From the NCBI GenBank assembly GCA_003599595.1, contig QZIP01000011.1, positions 2,638 to 66,637 of the forward strand: a DNA stretch of 64,000 nt, given 5' to 3'. Numbering within the stretch: position 1 is the stretch's first letter; the number at the start of each line of letters is the position of its first letter. The DNA comes from Candidatus Parcubacteria bacterium. GTDB taxonomy: Bacteria > Patescibacteriota > Microgenomatia > Levybacterales > GWA1-39-11. The notes under the pieces were generated by a model. It worked only from the letters and a program-made list of their open reading frames with translations. It made no database searches and was not told where the DNA came from. The translations under genes were made by a program, and so were the position numbers. Of the stretch, positions 54,387-62,286 are shown in pieces.

Positions 54387-55847
54387 TTAAAAAACTAAGA
54401 AAAGTGCTGCGCCTGCAAGTATAAAGAGTGTAGAGATAAATGTCAAAGTTGCGGGTGTGACAGTGTCTCCCGGACTGGCAATGGTAGTGGTCAGGTTTTT
54501 AATTGGTACAGTTGGTTTTGTTGTGGGTTCTATAGAAATAGTTTCAATAGAAGTGGGAGATATTTCTTGTATAGCAGAAACATCTTCAGTTGGTCTTATG
54601 GTTGGTGAGACAACAGAAGGCTTATCTGTAGGGGTTAAAGTAGGACTAGTTGTGGGTTTTGTTGTGGGTGTAGGAGCAGAAGTTGGTGTTGGTGTTAAAG
54701 TGATTGTTGGCTTCACGGTAGGGGTTGCAGAAGGTGTTGCAGACTCTGTTACTTGAGTACCTGACGCATGGACAATAAATGATTGAGTAATTTTTTTAAT
54801 TATTCCAAATTCATCTATTGTTTCAATTGTGATGGTGTGTTCTCCCGGAGCAAGTCCTGCAATTGGCCTAAAAGACCAAAAGCCCTTACTGTCAGTTTTT
54901 ACTTCTGTGGTAATAGGATCTTCTGATCTTATGGTAATCTTAACTTTTTCATTTGGCAATGCATATCCCTTAAACGTAGGTTTTTGATCAATAAAGGCTT
55001 CATCTTCTTTGGGTGTTAAGATCTTAACCTCTTTAGAGCTTATGACAGCAGATGGAGCCTTTAATGCAGAAGAAATTGTTGATTCAATTTCAGGTGCTAA
55101 ATCCTCATTTTCAAAATTATAATCCTTAGATAGAGTAACCAGCGGCACGGACTTTGCGTTTTTGTATAATACGCTTACTGTTGATTTAGAGCTTCCTTTA
55201 TAAAATTCTATGTCAATATTAGTATCAGGACTAAATTCATAATATGCACCTAGATCTTGTTTTCTTGCGGAATTTAAAGGAATAATATACTCCCCATTTT
55301 TTTTGGTTAGGGTTGAAACTGTTTGTACATCTTTGGCCTTCATTATTACCAAAACGTCTTCTGCTTCTGTTCCATCTGAAAAAATAACTTTCCCAAATAT
55401 TGGATAATTTTCAAAAGGAGGAGATGAAGCTTCTAACCCGGTTTGGATTTCAAATGGCTCATTATTGTTCAGGATAATATTACCATCAACAATAATTGAA
55501 AAATAATATTTAATTCCAGGCTTCAAATTTGAAGCTGTAATATTATGAGAATAATAAGGATTTTGTTCTCCCGACTTATCTCTATTATCATATGCCAAGG
55601 TTCCCAATTCTTTATTTTCTCCATAATTTACTATTGCCTTTGTTTTGCCAGTCGTAAAAAATGAAACGGTAAAAGACGTGTCATTAACATCTGATATTGT
55701 AATGTTTTGGGGATTACTGTCAGGACCGGCACGGGTGACATAATCCAAGCTTTTTTGAATAAGAGAAGAAGATGCCCAAATTCCCACAATAACTAGAGTG
55801 AGGCCTATTATTGTTGGTATCCTTCTTTGCCAAATGTTCTTTTTCAT
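54387..55847 (-). CDS. Surface protein: FN3-like and Ig-like domains, Pro/Thr-rich linker, TM at both ends
   Basis: 'SFTVSF...LKPGIKYYF' FN3, 'PTFKG.A.P...GFWSF...GEHTITI' Ig-like, TPTPT tract, C-terminal anchor. Confidence 0.8.
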   Translation of the reverse strand: MKKNIWQRRIPTIIGLTLVIVGIWASSSLIQKSLDYVTRAGPDSNPQNITISDVNDTSFTVSFFTTGKTKAIVNYGENKELGTLAYDNRDKSGEQNPYYSHNITASNLKPGIKYYFSIIVDGNIILNNNEPFEIQTGLEASSPPFENYPIFGKVIFSDGTEAEDVLVIMKAKDVQTVSTLTKKNGEYIIPLNSARKQDLGAYYEFSPDTNIDIEFYKGSSKSTVSVLYKNAKSVPLVTLSKDYNFENEDLAPEIESTISSALKAPSAVISSKEVKILTPKEDEAFIDQKPTFKGYALPNEKVKITIRSEDPITTEVKTDSKGFWSFRPIAGLAPGEHTITIETIDEFGIIKKITQSFIVHASGTQVTESATPSATPTVKPTITLTPTPTSAPTPTTKPTTSPTLTPTDKPSVVSPTIRPTEDVSAIQEISPTSIETISIEPTTKPTVPIKNLTTTIASPGDTVTPATLTFISTLFILAGAALFLVF

Positions 55848-55850
55848 AAT

Positions 55851-56222
55851 TTATAAAATATTTTCTATGTCTCCTGAAGAAGATGCAGGTATTTCCTGAT
55901 TTTCCTGTCCTGCTGACTCACTTGTTTCATTATTCTCAAGGCTTGGGGTCTCAGCTGGAATGTCTGTTGGCATGATTGTGGGGAGGGTGGTGGGGGAAGG
56001 AGTAGATATTTTTAACACTTCTTTTAAATCTATTGATATGCTTTTTCTTGATTTTAAACTATCTATAGTTTTAGTATCAAAAGAAGCTGTGATTGGATTA
56101 ATCCTTATGCTTGTTGGCTCTTCAATGGTAGAGGTGGTATTACTGTGGTGGAGATTAAAACCAATCCATACAAATACCGATATCATTGTAAGTACTCCAA
56201 TATATAATATATTTTTTAACAT
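55851..56222 (-). CDS. Bitopic protein in the pilP position, Pro/Thr-rich
   Basis: N-terminal TM; directly follows pilO. Confidence 0.65.
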   Translation of the reverse strand: MLKNILYIGVLTMISVFVWIGFNLHHSNTTSTIEEPTSIRINPITASFDTKTIDSLKSRKSISIDLKEVLKISTPSPTTLPTIMPTDIPAETPSLENNETSESAGQENQEIPASSSGDIENIL

Positions 56223-56226
56223 ACTT

Positions 56227-56844
56227 TTATTGTTTATTAAAATATGCCCTACCGGTAATAGATAAGTTGACTTCTCCTGTAGAGGTTTTATTTATGTTTA
56301 TTGTTGATAAAGTTATAATCCTATCAAAATTAATGATGGAAGAAATAAAAGCAATAGCCTTTTTTTCATCTCCTTCTAGGCTTATATTAAAATTATAAGA
56401 ATAAATTGAAGAAGGTTTATTTGTTGCAGGATAAAGCTCTGTTCCTCCAAAATCAAGTCTTATGATTTTTAAATCATTTACTTGTGCAAGATTTTGTATT
56501 TGTCTTGTTAAATATGGCATCATAGGAGATGTTGGAATTGCAAGATAAACAATATTAAGATCGGACTTTATTGTTTGAAATTGTATATCTAATTGTCTCA
56601 ATGCATTTTTCTTTTTAACAAGAGATTCCTTGACATATTTACTATCTTCATACTGCTTCTGCAGGTTCGTAATCGTATTGAGAGTTGGGTTTATGGCAAA
56701 TACCGCAAAAAATGATACTGTGAAAAAAGTTAAAATGCCATAAACATACATTAAGATCTTCTTTTTCTCAGGCTCTTTTAAACTGCTATATCTTTTTTCT
56801 AATTCCTTATATATTTTTTTAAAATTAAGCTTCAAATTATCCAC
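56227..56844 (-). CDS. pilO: Type IV pilus assembly protein PilO
   Basis: TM, coiled coil, 'AIPTSP...IQNLA', 'FISSIINFDRIITLSTINI'. GTG start at 56844 assumed (ORF track starts at 56868). Confidence 0.8.
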   Translation of the reverse strand: MDNLKLNFKKIYKELEKRYSSLKEPEKKKILMYVYGILTFFTVSFFAVFAINPTLNTITNLQKQYEDSKYVKESLVKKKNALRQLDIQFQTIKSDLNIVYLAIPTSPMMPYLTRQIQNLAQVNDLKIIRLDFGGTELYPATNKPSSIYSYNFNISLEGDEKKAIAFISSIINFDRIITLSTININKTSTGEVNLSITGRAYFNKQ

Positions 56845-57412
56845 TTTTAGCCTCCATTTCAATAACAACTTTAAAATCTATCCCTGATTTTCTGTTTGTT
56901 ATTTGATCAATGTTAATAGATTTAATATCAGGAGTTTTCTTTAGATTTTCTATAAAATCATTTAGTACAAATATGGAAAAAGTTTGTCCCTCAATAGCTA
57001 TTGAACTCTGACTCATCAGAAATGAGTCCACAGTCAGATTTTGAGACTCAATAGAAGAAATTAAAGTATTAAGAGTGTTTACTCTGGAAGATGCTTCCTT
57101 TGAAAGTCCATCAACATTTGTAAGTCTTTCTTGAATGCTTCTGTATCCCATTTCTTTTTGTTCCTGAGCTTTGACTATAGATTCTTCAATTTTTATTTGA
57201 TCATGTAGGTCAACTATCTGTCCGTCTATTACAAATCTATAGAACAAAGCCCCCAAGGTAATAAGCTCTGTAAGTACAATAATAATTCTTCCTCCATTAA
57301 TAACCCATTTAAAAAGCAGATCAGCCAATCTATTCCTTGAAATAGTACTTAGGTTTATTCTTGTTTTCGCTGGATTTTGCCCAGCCGATCTTTTAATTAC
57401 CCCTTTTTCCAT
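56837..57412 (-). CDS. pilN: PilN-like pilus assembly protein
   Basis: INL motif, TM, coiled coil, 'IAIEG...LNDFIENLK'; upstream of pilO. Confidence 0.7.
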   Translation of the reverse strand: MEKGVIKRSAGQNPAKTRINLSTISRNRLADLLFKWVINGGRIIIVLTELITLGALFYRFVIDGQIVDLHDQIKIEESIVKAQEQKEMGYRSIQERLTNVDGLSKEASSRVNTLNTLISSIESQNLTVDSFLMSQSSIAIEGQTFSIFVLNDFIENLKKTPDIKSINIDQITNRKSGIDFKVVIEMEAKSG

Positions 57413-57680
57413 AACAAATACCCTACAGTCTCACTGCAGGAGTAATAATTTAAAAATAACTACCAATTTTAGTTTATACCACTCCGCTTTGATTTTGCAA
57501 ATTGTGATTTATGCCTACAGGAGCTTTCAAAATGATAAGGGGTATAGCTAGTTATAATCGTTATAAAAATCAAAGCTTCATTGGGTTTTATTGAATTACG
57601 TAATTCCTTAGCTTCGTTTTTCAAGAGGGAAAGCAAAAATTCTAATTTAAAAGTTAACTAAAGATTTGGGGAATTAAAAT

Positions 57681-58043
57681 TTATTTATGATTTTTAGACT
57701 TTGTAGTTTTTATTTTTGGGGATTTGGCTTTTGAAGACTTGGCCTTTGACGTCTTTGCTTGTGCAACTATTTTTTGCTTTGGTATTTCCTTTTTAGCCTC
57801 ACTGGCAGTTGGTTTAGCCAATTTTGAAAGACCAGACTTAATTCTTGCGCCTTTATTTTTGTGGATTATATTCTTCTTAACAGCTTTATCTACAAGAGAA
57901 ATGGCCTTTTTTACAAGGTCTGCCTTTTTTTCTTTATTTGCTTTTTTAACTGACTTATCCAATTCCTTCCTGAATTGGTCTCTGATCTTCTCTTTTTTTC
58001 TGTCCTGTCTTAATTTCTTAATTGCAGATTTTATTAGTGGCAT
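57681..58043 (-). CDS. rpsT: 30S ribosomal protein S20 with Lys-rich C-terminal extension
   Basis: MPLIKSAIKKLRQ...DKAVKKNIIHKNKGARIKS. Confidence 0.95.
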   Translation of the reverse strand: MPLIKSAIKKLRQDRKKEKIRDQFRKELDKSVKKANKEKKADLVKKAISLVDKAVKKNIIHKNKGARIKSGLSKLAKPTASEAKKEIPKQKIVAQAKTSKAKSSKAKSPKIKTTKSKNHK

Positions 58044-58276
58044 AAGGCCATTTTAACATGCTATACTTTAAAAAACAACAGAACCCTATGACGAATAGGC
58101 ACAGGGCTTATTATTGTTTTTAGATCTCACAGATTTTATCCGTCTAAATCCATATCTGCCCTGCTTGCGTCAGCAAGGCGGTATGTAGGCTTAAAGGTCA
58201 ACTTTTTGGATGGAACGGATGTCTTAAATCCGTGAAGTCAAAACCTTTAGGAGCAATCTTAATTCTAAGCAAACAT

Positions 58277-59923
58277 ATGGTCAATAGTATTGTGAGGAAG
58301 AGCTTAAATGCAATCGCCTCCAAACAAACAAACATTTTTTCAGCGGCCTTTTTTATAATCCTTACCACAATTTTTTCTCAGCTATTAGGAGTATTTAAAT
58401 ATAGGCTTCTTGTTTCTTACTTTGGTGCATCAAGTGATCTAGGAGTATTTCTGGCTTCTTTTAGGATTCCGGACTTTTTATTCCAGGTTCTTATTGCAGG
58501 AGCCTTATTTTCTTCTTTTATTCCTATTTTCTCTGAGTATTTATCAAAAGGCAAAAAAGAAGAGGCTTTTTCTATGACTTCCTCGCTTATCACTATAGGG
58601 ATTATTATTTATTCCCTCATTTCAATAGTTGTAATCCTTTTTTCATACCAGCTTGCCTCAATTATAACCCCGGGTTTTTCAAAAGAAGAGCTTTCTCTTA
58701 TGGCCAACCTCATAAGAATAATTCAGCTTTCTCAGCTCTTTTTTATTCTTGGTACTGTTGCAACAGTTGTTCTCCAGTCTTACCAGCATTTTTTAATCCC
58801 GGGGATTGCTACTTCTTTATATAATCTTGGAATAATACTTGGTCTTATTCTTTTTGCTTCAACTTTTGGAATATATGGAGCAACAATTGGGGTTTTGATT
58901 GGTAGTTTACTTTTTTTTCTTGTCCAAACACCTCTTCTTAAAAAAACCGGATTTGTATTCCGGCCCACTTTAAATCTTCAAAATGGAGTCACTAAAATAT
59001 TTGATCTTATGATCCCCAGATCCATCACTATTATTATTGTTCAGCTTTCAATAACAGCTAACGTTTTCTTTGCCTCCTTTCTTTCGGCAAGAAGTTTGGT
59101 TGTTTTTGATCTTGCCCAGACTTTGGTTATGGCCCCGGTTCTTTTATTTGGTCAATCAATTGCTCAAGCAAGCTTTCCCTCTCTTGCTTTAAAAAAAGAA
59201 AACAAACAAGAATTTTTATCTATATTTCTTTCTTCTTTTAATCAAATTCTTTATTTGACTCTTCCAGTTAGTGTTCTTCTGATAGTTTTGCGTATTCCGC
59301 TTGTAAGGCTTTTTTATGGAACACAAAGATTTGATTGGCAGGCAACAATTGATACAGGCCTAACCCTTGCTCTTTTCTCTATCTCAGTTTTTGCCCAAGC
59401 TCTCATCTATTTACTTTCAAGGGCATTTTACGCTTTTAAAGACACAAAAACTCCTCTTTACATAACCTTAATATCTGTAATTTTTAATGTAACGCTTTCT
59501 TATCTCTTTATTCTTATTTACAAGCTGCCCATTTATTACCTTGCTCTTTCTTATTCTTTTGCAACTATTTTAAGTTTTATCCTAATGACATTTTTTGTAA
59601 ACAAAAAAGTATCACTTCCCAAGGTGAAAATTCTTTTAAACGTTATTAAAATATCTGTTGCAAGCCTGATTATGGGATTCTCTCTATACGTACCTATAAA
59701 GCTTTTAGATCAGCTTGTTTTTGACACAACAAGAACCATAAATCTAATTATGCTCACCGGAATTGCATCATTTTTGGGTTTTTCCACCTATATCTTCTTT
59801 ACCTGGCTCCTCAATATCAAAGAAGCATATTATATAATTGCGGCCATCAAAAGATTCGGCAACTGGCAAAAAGTCCTAAAACAAGTAGAAGAACCAATAG
59901 ACGGTCCCAAATTCAACCCATAA
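58277..59923 (+). CDS. murJ: Lipid II flippase MurJ (MviN)
   Basis: SQLLG...FGAS..L..F.ASFRIPD, SFIPIF, ASFPSL, RAFYA.KDTKTP. Confidence 0.93.
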   Translation: MVNSIVRKSLNAIASKQTNIFSAAFFIILTTIFSQLLGVFKYRLLVSYFGASSDLGVFLASFRIPDFLFQVLIAGALFSSFIPIFSEYLSKGKKEEAFSMTSSLITIGIIIYSLISIVVILFSYQLASIITPGFSKEELSLMANLIRIIQLSQLFFILGTVATVVLQSYQHFLIPGIATSLYNLGIILGLILFASTFGIYGATIGVLIGSLLFFLVQTPLLKKTGFVFRPTLNLQNGVTKIFDLMIPRSITIIIVQLSITANVFFASFLSARSLVVFDLAQTLVMAPVLLFGQSIAQASFPSLALKKENKQEFLSIFLSSFNQILYLTLPVSVLLIVLRIPLVRLFYGTQRFDWQATIDTGLTLALFSISVFAQALIYLLSRAFYAFKDTKTPLYITLISVIFNVTLSYLFILIYKLPIYYLALSYSFATILSFILMTFFVNKKVSLPKVKILLNVIKISVASLIMGFSLYVPIKLLDQLVFDTTRTINLIMLTGIASFLGFSTYIFFTWLLNIKEAYYIIAAIKRFGNWQKVLKQVEEPIDGPKFNP

Positions 59924-59930
59924 AAGAAAG

Positions 59931-60638
59931 ATGGTAGTAAAAACAGAAATTTTAGAAAACGGAGCCGGGCAAGAAGAAAGATCGGGAATAACCCATCTTG
60001 CTTTTCTTGTATCAAAAAAAAGCACGGGATCAAACCTTCAGGCAGCAGTAGATGCAATAAATAACCAGATAATAAATTGTCAGGTAGACCTTGTTATTGG
60101 TGAAGAATTAGATATCAAAGCAAGTGATGTTGTAAGAAGAAATAATTTACCTTTGGAAGTAAAATCACTTTTGGACCGTAAATCTCAAACAGAAAGAAAA
60201 GCCTATGGAAAAGAACTTGCAGAACTCTTAAACAGCAGAGGAATTCAAATAGCAATCCTGGAAGGCTTCTCAATTATCTTGTCTCGGGAATATTTTGAAA
60301 CTTTTAAGGGAGCTACATTAAACATCCATCCAGGATTAATTCCAGATGAAGATGGTAAACCTATTCTTTTTCCAGACGGTACAGAAGCTCCATGGAACAA
60401 GGGTCTTATGACAGATAAGGCAGTTGCAAATTTTCTCCCCCTAAAGTATGCCGGATCCACCTGGCACATAGTAACGGAAGAAGCAGATTTCGGACCCGTG
60501 CTGAAAAGAGTAATAGTAGACGTTTTGCCGGAAGACACAGTTGAAACACTTTATCCTCGTCTAAAAAGAGCAGAACACCAAGGCCTTATCGGAATCCTAA
60601 AAAACCCACAAGAAATAATTGAATACAATCAAAAGTGA
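59931..60638 (+). CDS. purN: Phosphoribosylglycinamide formyltransferase-like protein
   Basis: GSNLQA, LNIHPG, GSTWHIV.EEADFGP, DTVETLYPRLKRAEH. Confidence 0.8.
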   Translation: MVVKTEILENGAGQEERSGITHLAFLVSKKSTGSNLQAAVDAINNQIINCQVDLVIGEELDIKASDVVRRNNLPLEVKSLLDRKSQTERKAYGKELAELLNSRGIQIAILEGFSIILSREYFETFKGATLNIHPGLIPDEDGKPILFPDGTEAPWNKGLMTDKAVANFLPLKYAGSTWHIVTEEADFGPVLKRVIVDVLPEDTVETLYPRLKRAEHQGLIGILKNPQEIIEYNQK

Positions 60639-60735
60639 ATACTTAAGAATCATTAGTCCCTTAATAGATATCGTTTTTAGAAATTGTGAGATGTCGTAGA
60701 ATTATAAAAGTTTGTTATTTTATGTATAAAATAAT

Positions 60736-62100
60736 ATGTCAAAAAAAAGAAGTGTAGGTAATACTGTGGTGGTAGTTGACGGGGGAGGAAGGGGATCAGT
60801 TCTTGTAGATAAATATGCAGAGAGCCAACACGTAGAAAGAATAATCGCAATTCCTGGAAATGATTTAATGCAGATCAATACTGATAAGCCGGTTGAAATT
60901 CATCCCCAAATAAAAACTACAAGTACTACAGATATTTTAGATATTTGCAAACAAGAGGATGTAGCTTTGGTAGATGTTGCTCAGGACAACGCTGTAGAAG
61001 CAGGCCTTGTAGATATTCTTACTCAAAAGGGAATCCTCGTTACCGGACCTACCAGAAATGCCGGACAAATTGAATGGGATAAAGCTTGGGCAAGAGAATT
61101 TGGAAAAATAGAGGGACTCCCTCAACCTTTTTTCAAGATTTGTCTCTCAACAGAAGAAGGGTTGGAATTTTTAAAAAACCAACCTGACCAGAGGTGGTTT
61201 ATAAAAGCAGCATTGCTGGCAGAAGGAAAAGGTGTATTGCCCGCAAAAAACAATGAAGAGGCGGCGCAAAGAGTATTAGAAATGAGAAAATTTGGAGATG
61301 CAGGAAAAGTATTTCTTATAGAAAAATGGCTGCAGGGAGATGACGGGTCGGTAGGTGAGGAATTTTCAACCTACATCCTTACCGATGGTCAGCATTATAA
61401 AATTATAGGCAGCGCCCAGGATCATAAAAGGGTTAATGATTTTGATGAAGGAGAAAATACAGGAGGAATGGGGTGTAGTGCTCCACCTCTAGTTTTGACG
61501 GAGGAATTATTAAAAGAAGTAGAAGCGAAGATTTTGTGCAAAGCAGTTCTGGGATTAAATAAAGAAGGAAGACCTTATAAAGGAGTTTTGTATTTGGGAG
61601 GAATGGTTGTAAAACAAAAAGGAAAACTTCATCCTTACGTTATAGAATTTAATGCTAGATGGGGAGATCCAGAAGCACAAGTCATTGTCCCTAGTCTAGT
61701 AAATGATCTATATGAAGTGGGTTTGGCAGTTGCACACGGAGACATCAGTAAAATTGATTTTAAGACAGATGGAAAAGCCCGCGTTGTTGTTGCAGGAGCA
61801 TCAAGGGGATATCCTGGTGATTACTCACAGGCTATCGGAAAAGAAATTTATGGTCTTGAAGATGCAAAAAAAGTAGATGGAGTAAAAATATATGGAGCAG
61901 GAGTTAAAAAAATAAATGGAAGATATTACGTTTCTGGAGGAAGATTGTTTTACGTTGTAGGCGAAGGTAAAACGGTTGTTGAGGCAAGACAAAAAGCATA
62001 TGAGGCAATGTCTGTAATAAGCATAGATGGAAACAATTTACATTTTAGAACAGATATTGGTTGGCGTGATGTTGAAAGACTTAGAAAAGGAAAATATTAA
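60736..62100 (+). CDS. purD: Phosphoribosylamine--glycine ligase
   Basis: LAEGKGV, QDHKR...GENTGGMG, EFNARWGDPEAQ, GYPG, SGGR, FRTDIG. Confidence 0.95.
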   Translation: MSKKRSVGNTVVVVDGGGRGSVLVDKYAESQHVERIIAIPGNDLMQINTDKPVEIHPQIKTTSTTDILDICKQEDVALVDVAQDNAVEAGLVDILTQKGILVTGPTRNAGQIEWDKAWAREFGKIEGLPQPFFKICLSTEEGLEFLKNQPDQRWFIKAALLAEGKGVLPAKNNEEAAQRVLEMRKFGDAGKVFLIEKWLQGDDGSVGEEFSTYILTDGQHYKIIGSAQDHKRVNDFDEGENTGGMGCSAPPLVLTEELLKEVEAKILCKAVLGLNKEGRPYKGVLYLGGMVVKQKGKLHPYVIEFNARWGDPEAQVIVPSLVNDLYEVGLAVAHGDISKIDFKTDGKARVVVAGASRGYPGDYSQAIGKEIYGLEDAKKVDGVKIYGAGVKKINGRYYVSGGRLFYVVGEGKTVVEARQKAYEAMSVISIDGNNLHFRTDIGWRDVERLRKGKY

Positions 62101-62286
62101 TTAATACCTTTTATTCTAGTGTCCTAGTACACCGGCAAAATTTACCTTCAGGAATTCAATTAAAATAATTTAATTTAAATCAGCTGTCGCCTTTTTGGTT
62201 TAAATTGGTTTTACTTAAATACATCTTTGCTCGGTCTCTAGTGTTTTACAAAACATTTTAGCCTCATATTCTGGTATAATTTCAAT

